Shown here piece by piece: positions 31,775 to 43,997 of a stretch of DNA of 64,000 nt (positions are counted from its first letter, which is position 1; the number at the start of each line of letters is the position of its first letter). The notes beneath the pieces were generated by a model. It had not been told where the DNA came from. It saw nothing but the letters and a program-made list of their open reading frames with translations, and ran no database searches. This DNA comes from Eledone cirrhosa (Eukaryota). The translations under genes were made by a program, and so were the position numbers. Location: assembly GCA_964016885.1 (NCBI GenBank), contig OZ024740.1, forward strand, positions 339,946,001-340,010,000, read 5' to 3'.

Positions 31775-32352
31775 TGGTGTCCTACATGTTTCACAGTTGG
31801 CCTTTTTACAGAGAAGTTCCTCATATGTAATATTGTACCACATGTTTAGTGTTGTTCTACTTGTTGTATGCTGTGTGATGGGGGTGTGCCGCATGTTTAG
31901 TGTTGTCTTACAACATCATTATTGTACCACATGTTGTATGCTGTGAGATAGTGGTGTGGTGTGCCACATGTTTAGTGCTGTCTTACAACTTCATTATTGT
32001 ACCACATGTTTAGCATTGTTCTACAAGTTGTATGCTGGTGTTGTGGTGTGCCACATGTTTACTTCTGTCTTTCAACTTTGACATAATATATACATAGAGT
32101 TTGTTACATGATAGATGCTACATAATGATAGTAATGCACCACATGTTTTGTGTTGATCTTTGTGGTTGTCAATGATACACATATTTTGGTGTGTAATACA
32201 ATCTGATAAGTACTTGTTCTGTAGGTGTGACAATAGAGCTAGCCCCTCCCCCTGCCATGAGTGACAATAGAGCTAGTCACTCCCCATGTCATGAGTGACA
32301 ATAGAGCTAGCCACTCCCCCTGCTGTGAGTGACAATAGAGCTAGCCTCTCCC
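31775..32352. repeat. degenerate tandem repeats (CCACATGTTTAGTG.. units; ~30-bp GTGACAATAGAGCTAG.. x4)
   Basis: Seen directly; the four GTGACAATAGAGCTAG units lie at 32227-32352. Confidence 0.75.
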
Positions 32353-32741
32353 CAATAACAATAATACTTAACACACCATGTATGTATTTTACATACCAAG
32401 TGTGACAGTAATACTAACAAGTCCATCATACTACTTCAACATTAAGTATTACAGTAGACTCCATATAGAGTGTGTCATTACTACTTCACCCCATAAAAGG
32501 ATGCAGCATGACCAAAATGGTCAAGAAGTTCTACCATAAGGTTGCAAGTTGTGTCCCACTGCATGGTATCTTCAACAAATGTCATTTACCATAGCCTCAG
32601 TTTGAACCAAGGCTTGTGAGTGAATCTGAGCAGATGAAAACTGTTTAGAAGTCCATCCAGTAAACTGTACCTGTAATTCAATGGGCCAGTCTTGTTACAC
32701 ATACACTGTGTCACACCAAATCTTCATGAGAATTACATTAA

Positions 32742-32962
32742 CCCTTTAGCATTTAAATTGACCACATCCAGCCAGAATTCTCTCACCTCATTCTGTTCAA
32801 ACTGGCCATAATTGACCATTCATACTGATGTTGAAGTATTGTTCTCAAAATAAATAACATCAAAATTTCGTAAATTCGATATTATGTGAGATAATTATGT
32901 AAGATAAAGTCTTTACCACAAAAATACAATAGTATATATAGAGAAATGTAAATGCTAAAGGG
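32742..32962. mobile_element. piggyBac-type MITE nested in a SINE
   Basis: TTAA|CCCTTTAGCATTTA ... TAAATGCTAAAGGG|TTAA, perfect 14-bp TIRs. Removing it restores the AATTACATTAAGG seen intact at 10651-10663. Confidence 0.9.
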
Positions 32963-33206
32963 TTAAGGTCACATAGTCTAAGAACTATTCAGTCACTTGC
33001 ATGTTAATTTAACAAGCAGGATGTTTCATTGGTCAGACAACTGGGACAGTCGTTGTCAAAACCAATAGAACTCTATTCCACCCCATGTGTGAGAGTAGTA
33101 CTCCTGTATTGTGTGTGACAGTAGCCCATCCTTGTACTGTGTAATAGCCATAATTCACTCACCTGTATGTCAGCAGTACTCTTCTCTATTACCAGCAATA
33201 CTACTC

Positions 33207-33260
<54 letters not shown>

Positions 33261-33864
33261 ATAACAGTTGTAAACTTTTGCTGTATATCAGAAGAGTATA
33301 CATATGCTGCTGCATGATGGCAACAATTTACTGTTCCGTATAACAGCAATAACCGCTGCCTTTTATATCAGTTGTATAGCCTTATCTATGTAACAACATT
33401 ACTCCTCTCTTCTTTGTGTACCAGAAGTGCACACCTCCCATGTAATAACACTACTCCCCCACTGCTCTGTGACTGTGTGACACAAGTACTTTCCTCAACA
33501 GATTGACAGCACAGTTCCTTCCCTGTCTTACACCAATATTCTTCTGTCCTCTGTGACAGCAGTACTGTGGTAACAGTAATATTTCTCTGCCCTCTATCAC
33601 AGTAATACACCCATTTCACAGACATTACCTACAAAGGATATATATATATATATATGCATGTGTATGGGGGGGGGGGGGGGGGGTATGTGCGTTTGTGTGT
33701 AAAGAATTCCTTCAATGGAACATCCATCAGAAAATATCAAAATTTACAGTAAATTGTTTGCTGAATGAAATCTTTACTAAAATCTGAGTTTTAGCTTGAA
33801 TTCCTACAAAACCTGAATATATTTTCCAGTAAGAAATAAATAACAATGCTATACAGCATATGCA

Positions 33865-33917
<53 letters not shown>

Positions 33918-34047
33918 CAAGTAGTGCACCAAGAAAAATATAAACGTTGGCATGAAGGGGATTAGGAATTTATTTACTTTAACATATGTAAGCAGTTTTC
34001 TTGTTTAAGCATTCATTCTTGATATACATAAAACAAAACCTTATCTA

Positions 34048-34113
<66 letters not shown>

Positions 34114-34119
<6 letters not shown>

Positions 34120-35020
34120 CTGGCAACTCAAGGATGCAAACATGGAATATAAAATCAGCTGGACGAAGCTATCAAAAGCAACAGCCTCTCAAATTGGTAT
34201 GTCCCACTGCGGTCTCTGTAATATGGAACTTTTCCAAATTTTAAATTACAACAAAATTCTTCTTAACAGTAAAATTGAAAGAACTATTTTCTGTCGACAT
34301 AAATCGGCGACCAAATTTGAGAACTTTAGACCAGCTTAATTCCATCTCATCTATTCCATAACCCAAATTGTACCACTTGGATCTATTATGATATCACATT
34401 ATCAGCATCATCATTATTATGATTATGATTATAATTATAATTGTCATCATCTATCAAAGAACAACATCAAAACCTCTTATATTTACATTCTTATTTTATA
34501 TATCTCTATCTTTCACTATCTTTATATTTCTCTCCCTAAATTTATTTCATCTCTGTCATTTTATTTTATCATATAATTATTTCTACTTTTGGCACAAGGC
34601 CAGAAATTACCCAGTGCATTACTGGTACTTTATTTTATCGACCCCGTAAGGATGAAAGGCAAAGTTAACCTCGGCGGGATTTGAACTCAGAATGGCAAGG
34701 GCCGTAACTATGCGCCAAAGCATGGCATCCGACCTTCTACCGATACTGCCTTATCATATAATTGTTTCTATCATATAATATAACTTAAAACTAATTAATT
34801 TATTTATTAAAATAAACAAGTTTGCAATTTTCAACTGACAGTTGAAAATTGCAAACTTGACTTTCACCACACATTATGAAGATTGCGAAAGCATGAAATT
34901 ACTTGTTCAATTAACACTTAACATTTAATATTCTACCACACTATTTCATTCTAATACCATTATAAATTTTAAAGGATTGTAAATAAAACGAGTAAATCAA
35001 AGTTGGAATTCCTTTTATTA
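34114..35020 (+). mobile_element. 3' fragment of a Naiad-like Penelope element (GIY-YIG C-terminus + UTR), interrupted by a SINE
   Basis: IWQLKD..YKISW..CGLCNME..ILLNSKIE....CRHK. Degenerate hammerhead-like aTGAAGA-t-tgc(gaaa)gca-t-GAAA at 34876-34898. Flanked by (TA)n. Confidence 0.7.
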
Positions 35021-35297
35021 ATATATATATATATATATACACACATATATATATATATACACCAGTCTCGTGTATTAAGTTAAATAAGTATATTCCTGTT
35101 CCCTTCTCACAGTTTCAACAATTGTCAACATCATCCTCATCTTTTTATGTTCACATTCCATACTTACATGGTTTGGGTGGATTGTTACAATCCAAATCTG
35201 TTTTTATTCACAATAACGGTCTTCCTAGATGGGTCAGGGGTACCACACCTCACTTGAATGTTCCAATGTTTGTCATAGCTTCTAATAATAGAGATAT

Positions 35298-36354
35298 CTA
35301 AGGCGGGTAAAATTCCCGAGATCCATGGACGAGTTCTCTCCAGCGGTCTCTGTCCCTCATTATCGCTGCCATATCCTGCATCTCCAACAGACCAGTGTCT
35401 GTCCTTAGGGCATCAATATATGTTAACCTTGGTCTTCCTCTTCTAGTGTGTCCATGTAGGGGCTCCCAAAGGAGCACTGAGTGCAATGTCAACTCTGGAT
35501 GTCGGTGAGCATGTCCAGCCAACCTCAGTCTCCTCTGTGTCACTTTTGAGCTGACTTTTGGGATGCTCCCATACAGCTCTGAGTTTTTCATCCTCAGTGT
35601 ATACTGATTAATGTTCAGAGCCATCCTCAGCATTCTCGTGTAGCACCCATCCACCATCTGAGTGAGTCTCTTGGTCAGTGTCCAAGTCTCAGACCCATAC
35701 AGCAACACAGACTCCACTACAGCAATGAAGAGGCGGATTTTCAGGTCTCTACGAAGGTCCGACTTCCACACTGATCTCAAGCTGTGACACGCCGCCCAGG
35801 CCTTGCTCTTCCTCTCAACCACATCATCTTCCGTATTCCCAATCTTTGCTCCCAAATACAGGAAGTCCTCAACCAATTCCAGCGGCTTCCCACCTACATT
35901 AGTGATCCCCTCTGGCTTCTCAACATTCTCTACCAGATATTTTGTTTTAGTCTCGTTCATTCTCAGCCCCACACTCATCGACACAGTCTCAACCTCCTGC
36001 ATCAAATCCTCTGCCTCCTTCACTGTATTTGTCACCAAAACTATGTCGTCGGCAAATTCAGCATCCGATACCTTTTTCGCCCCAACTCTCCTGCTCTGAG
36101 CCGGTGCTACAGTAAAGCCAGAGTCCTGGTGTTTCTCCAGTGCAAGGCGCATACAATAGTCCACTACGATGATAAAAAGGTAGGGAGCCAATGTATCTCC
36201 CTGGAGCACTCCAGCCAGTATCTCAAAGAACTCTGTCATCCCATCAGGTGTTATGACTTGGGCTTTGGTGTTGGTGTAGAGCAGTGATATCAGGTCCACT
36301 ATCCTCTTGGGGATTCCATAAGCCTGTAAGATCTTCATCAGGCAGTAACGGTCC
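35298..36354 (-). mobile_element. 5'-truncated RTE-clade LINE with an uninterrupted RT C-terminal frame and a 10-bp TSD
   Basis: GVLQGDTLAPYLF, EFADD, FLYLG, LLYGSETW, RRLRLAGH, RGRP. ATAGAGATAT at 35288-35297 and 36355-36364. Same-family 3' end at 58079-58219(+). Confidence 0.92.
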
Positions 36355-37696
36355 ATAGAGATATAGAGATAAAAAAGAGATTCAACTTCAGTAGCTGTAG
36401 TTGTGTGTATAATAGTACTTTCTTAATACATACCATTTTGGCAATATATATCATCATTATCTTCAATTTGATTCTATTGTATTTATCTATATGATGATGA
36501 TGATCTAAGATAGTTGTATAAGACTATTGTAGACCTAAAAGAACTTTGGCAATGTGGACATCAGTATTGGGTCACAACTGGCTTCTAAGAGCTTGATTCC
36601 TTCTGTTGATGTTTCCATCTGTCAGCTTCCCTCTTTATGGTTACTTTCAAATTAGTTGCAATCTAGCATAGCATTTTCTCCTCTAAAGAGGACAGTCAGA
36701 TGCATGAAATGTCTACAAGAAAACATTAATATTAAAGTTTTTCAAAATAAGCTTTAATTGATTATTGTATTTCTACATTAGAACTCCTACTGGACATGTT
36801 CTTCTTTGCAATTCTCCAAAGTAGTGCCCCAGCATGGCTGCAATCTAATGACTGTAATGAGTAAAAGAGTGAAAAGAATACATAAATATTTTCAGAAGTT
36901 GGTGTTGTAACACTTCAGTCTCAATGCTGTTGTAAAAGGTCTTGCTAAAGTCTATAAAATGACTTGTGCTGAAGAAGACCTGCTCAAGCATGATAAAGTG
37001 AACATGAAAACAGCCATGATGCTGATGAATGTTGAGATGTATAATATCCATGGCTTGGTAAAGCGGCAGTACTGGCATCATGATAAAATACAACCAGTGC
37101 ACTCTATAAAATGGTAGTGCTGGTACCATGGTAAAATACAACTAGTACACTTTGCTAAGTGGTTGGTGATAGGAAGGAGGTAGGGTATCCAATCATAGAA
37201 ACCATGCAAAAATGGAACGTATCAAAAGGTTGTGATCCTCTGACCTGTCTAATCACAGAATGTAACAACCTATCCAACCTATACTAACATGAGAAACAGA
37301 TGTAAAACAATGATGATAAGGATGATTATATTCCCGCTAGGCTCCCAACCATTAACTATCCTTTTTACTATCTATCATCCCCCCCCCCTCCTCGTTCATT
37401 ACTCTATCATTTATAACTCACTCACTCTACTATTATCTTATCTCTATCTCATCACACTGTGTTCAACCCCACTTACTATCACCTTTCCTTATTGCTAGCC
37501 ATCACTCTCTCACTTGTAAGTGACCAGGTAGACTGTATGCTAGATGTAAATAACCAGATAGACCACATGCTATGGTGATGATGATGATGATGATGATGAT
37601 GCAGACTAAAATTGTTAATACACATGGTGTAATAATTTGAGTTTTATTCATTTTATTCTAATCACATTTCTGTTGAACTTTAAATAATCGTAATCC

Positions 37697-37859
37697 ATGT
37701 GTTGTTATTTCAAACAACCAATGAGTCTGGTTAGCCTTTTTTTTAAATGCAATTTTGTAAATATAAAACTTGTTATTTGTAAGAGTCATAATCATTTTAA
37801 TAACCAAAGGAAACATGTTCCAGCTTTAATAAATTATTTCACTGTACTACTTGTACTCA
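37697..37859 (+). CDS. candidate first coding exon of 2xIg-TM protein B
   Basis: Open frame ending ..ALINYFTVLLVL with a phase-1 donor CTCA|GTATGT compatible with the acceptor at 38813. The N-terminus is not a convincing signal peptide. Confidence 0.25.
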
Positions 37860-38107
37860 GTATGTTTTCTCGGTTTTGTTTATATTAATATAAGTTCATT
37901 TTCCATAAACACACGCACACACACACACACATATTAGGTTTTGATCTGTTAATAATAGTAGCTCACAAGTGAAAAAATACTGAATGTTAAAAATATAAAT
38001 TACATAGCTGTTTCCATATTATTGCAGCATCACCATAATGTTTCAGAAAAGCATGTGGTTAGTCAGCTTCATCAGAGGAGAAATGCTGAGACATTTTGTC
38101 TCTGTGT

Positions 38108-38724
38108 ATCATCATCATCATCATCATCATCGTTTAACGTCCATGTTCCACGCTTGCATGGGTTTGGACGGGAGTTTTCCCACTTGAGGCAAGAGTGGTT
38201 GTCTTGCTCGCATAGGACTGTCTGGCGGGTTTTCTACAGCTGGATGCCCTTCCTAACACCAACCACATTTACAGTGTGGGACTGGGAAGTTTTTACCGTG
38301 TTGCCTACACGGCCACATTACAGCGTGGACTGTGTGTTTTTTTTGTCGTGACACCTACACGATCTCATTTGTTTCGGCCTGGATGTTGTGGCACCAACGA
38401 AACTTTACATTGAAAGGGGCGGTGTGGATGGGGTGGGGGTGGTGTGACGGGGGCGTATTTTGTTAGAGATGCCTACTGACTGTAGTAGGTTTACTTTGTA
38501 TTTAGGCAAGGCGGGTCTTCTCTATTACTGAGTGCCGCCAAAGATCTCGGTCCAGTGACATTGTCTTGGAGAGGTGTAAGTGTGTGAGGTCGGAATTTAT
38601 CATGTCGTCCCAGGTTTTTCTGGGTCTGCCTACTCCGTGGCTACCGTCTATCTTTATTGCCCTGCACTTTTTTATACAGCTGTCGTCTTTCATGCGCATC
38701 ACATGACCATACCAACGTAGCCTT
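38108..38724 (-). mobile_element. RTE LINE 3' fragment (same family as 43993-45578)
   Basis: RLRWYGHVMRMKDDSCIKKCRAIKIDGSHGVGRPRKTW is identical to the longer copy; (GAT)n tail. Confidence 0.9.
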
Positions 38725-38812
38725 GTATATATATATACACAGGCGCACAAATATATGTATGTATATATATATGCATATATTATAATAAGTTATTCTATTG
38801 CTTATGTTTCAG

Positions 38813-39441
38813 GCACCATTTATAAAAGCAACATTAATCATTCTCCAAATGAGTCGATCAATTCTAGCAAAAATATCAAAGAGCCAGCCCCGTTCAGGAA
38901 ACTGCTGAAAAGACAGAAACGTCGTGGTGAAATTTCATTCCCTTTGCCACCCAGATTGGTATTGTTGGCAAGAGTCTATCTTAACCGTGTTTTCCACCAA
39001 ATCAATATTAATGCTTATGAAGATGCATCCTTCATGTGTAACAGTATTATAACTGAAGCTATCTATGAGGAATTCCCAATGGCCATCCTCTTCTGGGAGT
39101 TTAATAACAAACCACTTAATATTGATCCATCTTCCATGCTTTATAAACCTCTCACTAACGAATTGATCATCATCTCATCACAACCACGGAACAGTGGTGT
39201 TTATACATGTCAAATGACACAGAATTTCCAGTGGGTTCAAGTGGTGAATCTGTTTGTCCTGCAAGTGCTTTCAAAAGAGAAAACCTATTACAACGAGAAA
39301 ACCAAACTACGTTTATATTGCCACAGTGAAGTGCTGATGGACATGTATGATGGTGCCCAAAGAAGATGGCACCATAATAATTCTTATACATACAGCAATG
39401 ATGGTGTTGATTCAGATATAGTTGATATCCCTGTGGAAGAG
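38813..39441 (+). CDS. 2xIg-TM protein B, internal exon (Ig1 and most of Ig2)
   Basis: Acceptor cttatgtttcAG, phase 1. RQKRR basic site. Ig1: SFMC..LFW..LII..NSGVYTCQM. Ig2: LRLYC..RRW. Donor GAG|GTGAGG, phase 0. Confidence 0.88.
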
Positions 39442-39559
39442 GTGAGGAACAAAGCTTTGCGAAGTTTTTTGCTTGACTGTTTTTGCATAATTTCTTGTTC
39501 TCTGCAAATATCAACACCATCATCATTGGTATCATCATTATCATTATCATCAGCATTAT

Positions 39560-41265
39560 TAGCAGTATCGGTAGAGGGTCGGACGCCATGCTTTGATGCA
39601 TAGAGTTACGGCCCTTGCCATTCTGAGTTCAAATCCCGCCGAGGTTAACTTTGCCTTTCATCCTTACGGGGTCGATAAAATAGAGTACCAGTAATACACT
39701 GGATAATTGCTGGCCTTGTGCCAAAAGTAGAAACAATTATGACTTCTAGCATTTCTGGTATTACCATATTTGTCAGGAACATTCCAATCATCAACAACAC
39801 AGCTTCATTTCATAAAGGAGTAGCAGATAGTAGAATGTAAGTATGAATGTTATGATTACTCTTTTGAATGGTAGATTGACAGTCATTAAAGCATCAGATG
39901 GTATCCAACTAGCTTGCTCACGGTTTACTCCTGGCTTTCCTACCAGTTGGTTTTTACCTATAAAATCTCTCCAGCAATTCTTTCCAGGGACACTCTAACC
40001 AGATGTCCATAATATCAGGGCTGTAATCTCTCAATTTGGAGAAGTAGCAGCTCTACCTGGAGTGACTCTCAGATCTCTGAGTTATGTACTCTAGCATCCA
40101 TGGGTTTGGCTGGTCTCGCTTGGGGATCCAACCTGATCAATTGGAGAGGACTGCTTCTGAAAGGAACCACTGGAAGGCGTGTTGAGGACTCACAACCCTC
40201 CCAGGAATAAGTGAGTGAAAAAGGAGAAGGAGGAGGAGGAGGATGGAGTGAGGAGGAGGAGGTTAAAGCATCAGACAAATTTTTAGCAGTATTTGTTCTG
40301 GCTCTCAACATTTTGAGTTCAAATCCCACCAAGGTCAACTTTGTTTTTCATCGTTCCAGGTTCGATAAAATAAAGTGTAATTTAATCAGCTTTCACCCCC
40401 ACCCCAAATTGCTGGCCATGTGCCTAAAGTAGAAACTCTTCTTACCAATTAGAGTAATGTATTGGCAGAATTGTTAGAGCATTATCAGACAAATGTTTAG
40501 AAGTATTTGTTTCAATTCTTTACTTTCTGAGTTCAAATCCTGCCAAGACCAACTTTGACTTTCAACCTTCCAGGATCGATAAAATAAAGTATCAGTCAAG
40601 TAATGAAGTTGATATAATTGACTTTCCCTTCCTCCCCCTCTCCCAATTGCTGGCCTTGTGCCAAAATTAGAAGCATAAATATGGTCAATTGGCAGAATCG
40701 GTGGTGCATCAGACAAAACACTTTGCATTGCAGTATCGGTAGAAGATTGGACGCCATGCTTTGCAGCATAGATTTATGGCCCTTTAAGTTCTGAGTTCAA
40801 ATCCTGTCAAGGTTAACTTTGCCTTTCATTCTTACGGGGTCGATAAAATAAAGTACCAGTAATGCACTGGGATAATTGCTGGTCTTGTGTCAAAAAGTAG
40901 AAACAATTATTTAGTTACCCGCTGAGTTTAGAGTTATAGCCCTTTATGTTCTGAGTTCGAATCCCACCAAAGTTAGCATTGTCTTTCATCCTTACGAGGT
41001 CAATGAAATAAAGCACCAAGATTGTTGGCCTCATGCTGAAATCAAAAACCATTATTTAGTTGCCCGATAAGTTTAACTTTACCTTTCATTCTAACAAGGT
41101 TGATAAAATAAAACACCAGTAATGAACTGGGGTTGATTTAATGGACTTTCCCCTCCTGCAAAAATTGTGCTTAAATCAGAAACCATTATTTAGTTATGAC
41201 TTCCAACATTATGAGTTCAAATCCTACCAAAATCAATTATATTTTCATCTTTCTTGGATCAATAG
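39560..41265 (+). mobile_element. cluster of about 7 same-orientation Meta-type SINE copies or fragments plus an RTE 3' remnant (~40100-40220)
   Basis: Repeated GAGTTCAAATCC..AGGTTAACTTTGCCTTTCATCC..GGTCGATAAAAT units at ~39560, 40300, 40520, 40780, 40940, 41070 and 41210. Confidence 0.85.
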
Positions 41266-41869
41266 AAAGAGTTATCATTTTCATGTCATATTATTTAATT
41301 GGAAAATTCACATACTTAACATAGTTAACATTACTCTCAAAAGCTGGCCCTTTTTTTTGGGGGGGGGGGGGCAGAATATACTACAATCACCAATAATTAC
41401 TGATCCTTTACAAAACAATTAGATCCACAATGGAGTATAGCTTCTAAATCTGGGACAGTGCTGCTATAGCACGCACAGACATCCTAGACCACATCCAAGG
41501 AAAAAACTCTCAACTAATTGGCAGATATTCACTCAAAAATGCACTCCACCTCTAGCCTCTCCTCTTTCTGCAATTTTTACTGATACTACCATGTTTCCTG
41601 TTCCTCAGAGCTGATTGACATCATGTCCACTTAAGCATTCCCAACTCACTCATCTCTCCTTATCTTCATGTTGTATCACATCATGAAGATGAGGAGAGAT
41701 GAGTGAGTTGGCTAACACATCTTGAATCAGACAAATGGCTCTGTTGTAAAATCAGTCTTAAAGGTTTGTGTGTGTATGTGTTATATGAGCAACTATATGT
41801 GTATGTGTTATATGTGAATAGTACTCAGAAATGTGAGCCTCAGAAATGATTGTATACATGGCTGAGATA

Positions 41870-42085
41870 GCTGCAGCTGGCTGACCTGGCTGACTGAAAC
41901 TAGGCTGGCTTGGGCTTGGCTGATTAGCTGGGCTAGCTGAGGCTTGTCTGACTAAGACAAGACTGGTTGAGGCAGCCTGGCCTGCACTGGCAGTGAGTGG
42001 GCTGGTAGAAGTTGAGCTGGCCTGGCCTAGCCTGTCTTGAGCTGGCTGAGGCTTGGCTGGCTGTCTGATTGGGTTAGCCAGACTC
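41870..42085. repeat. degenerate GC-rich GGCTGGCCT-like low-complexity repeat
   Basis: Seen directly; intronic. Confidence 0.7.
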
Positions 42086-42351
42086 ATTTTGAAATCCCTA
42101 TTATCACTTTTATATCGTGAAGGCTCATTTTAAAATCCTTAATATCACTTTGAATAGGCCATGCCTCACTTTGGACTGATACATCTTTACAAATACTGAA
42201 ATTGTGTGTTTGTTTGTGTCCGTCCTTGTGTAATAACTGTATTTGTGTCTATTTTGTATTAACAAATACATGTTTCTGTGTTTATGCATGCACACGTGAG
42301 GAGGCACGTGAGCTACATACCATTAATATCACATTATTCTTCACATTTCAG

Positions 42352-42573
42352 TTACACGATAATGACCAATGGCAATGCCTGATTCTTCACGAAGGCAGAG
42401 TGTGGATGACAGCTAAATATACCCTTTCATTAGTACCATCTGCTACATTCACACTATCTTTTTACACCTTACTAATTGTGATAATCTCAGCAGTCAGTTT
42501 AGTGGTTTTCCTGATTCTCTTTATCTACTGCTGTGTTCATAAGAGAAGAAAATTAAATAAAGCATCAACATAA
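42352..42573 (+). CDS. 2xIg-TM protein B, last exon (Ig2 F/G strands, TM, short basic tail)
   Basis: Acceptor ttcttcacatttcAG, phase 0. LHDNDQWQCLI..VWMTAKYTLSL supplies the missing second Cys of Ig2. TM LSFYTLLIVIISAVSLVVFLILFIYCCV, then HKRRKLNKAST*. Confidence 0.88.
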   Translation, partial: LHDNDQWQCLILHEGRVWMTAKYTLSLVPSATFTLSFYTLLIVIISAVSLVVFLILFIYCCVHKRRKLNKAST

Positions 42574-43956
42574 TTTAAGAATTAGTTGTTTTGTTGACTT
42601 TTTCAGTGTATCGTTGACAATGGCTCATGTTTCAGAGATTTGTTCTTAATCATTCCAATTTACTGATAAAGCACCCAGCACTCACTGTAAATGAGGTTGG
42701 CACTAGGAAGGGCATCCAGCTGTAAAAACCAAGCCAAAATCAGTTCTGTACGAGCAAGACATGGTCACCTGACCCAGCATTGACCACAACAGGATAACTT
42801 ATCTCACACATACCAGTATGGAAAATGGACCTTAAATGGAGAAAACAGATGTTAAATGATGATGTTGATCATCATCATCATGTAAGGTGGTTAGAAAGGC
42901 AACCCGCTGTAGAAACCATGCCAAATAGGTCAAGAGGACATTTAATTGTGTCAGGGTCTCAACAATCTCTCTAGAGATAGATGCATCCAGTTCACTCTGT
43001 AAAGTGTTTAGTGATAAGAAGAGCATCCAGCCAAACAAAATCGGGAAGATTCTTCAGCTGTGTCATAGTCTCCAAAATCTCCCCAGTCTGGTGATTTATA
43101 TGATAAATGTACTCAATACATTCTGTAAAGTAGTTGGTAATAGGAAGAGCATCCAACCATAGAAAACCTGATAAACAAATGATTACAAAGACTCTTCAGC
43201 TATGACAAAGGCATGATTGCATCCCTAGTACTGGTGCCACAATAAAATGCACATGGTAGAGCACGGGATTGTACGTTGGACCCCTGACTCCACTTGTCAT
43301 TTACCACTCCCCTAATATAGGAATTCTCCTCCCTTCCTACCCTTATAAGTATTGTATTATCTACACCTGTCTTATCTTTTTCTCCTTCTTCCATCTCTTT
43401 CTCCTAATTTTCACCTTCTTACTTTCTTCATCATTCTTCCTCTTTCTTTCTTCCTCTTCATATGTCTTTTTTTTTATTTATAATACTATTCTATTCTCTT
43501 TACTCTTCAATATATCTCTCCCTTTCTATTTTTTCGTTGTTTTTTCTCTTAATTTTTGTTCGCCTTCTATATATCTCTATATGGGAAGAAGTTGTTATTC
43601 CACTTTGAAAATTTATTATGTCCACATAATTTTTTGAGTAATTGGATTTGATTTAATTTTCTTGAAGGAATCAAAGTTAGTGATCCTAGACTGATTATAT
43701 AACATATACAAAGAAATATGTCAGTGTTAGGCAATAAATGATGATCTCATTCTTCTGGAATGTGGTGTTTTAAATAATTTCTGTAAATTTCTATATATAT
43801 TCCATAAATTGTTACATTTGGAATCTTATAGTGGAACTACCACAGGATTTACCAAATTAAATAATTCGAACATTGAGTAAAACTACTGTAAGCGGCTTCA
43901 ATTTCTTATTACATAATAAAATTAATTGATTACACTAACGGAGAATGAATACTACT

Positions 43957-43992
<36 letters not shown>

Positions 43993-43997
<5 letters not shown>

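Noticed and set aside
39442-39603. Hydrophobic C-terminus of ORF 38755-39603 as the TM of gene B
   Set aside because: Intron read-through into (TCA)n and a SINE; splicing at 39441 supplies the missing Ig Cys and a proper TM
41758-42087. Minus-strand Gln/Pro/Ala/Ser-rich ORF
   Set aside because: Low-complexity intronic repeat with no splice support
43269-43637. Multi-TM-looking Phe/Leu-rich ORF
   Set aside because: Pyrimidine-rich low-complexity tract, probably a retroelement UTR
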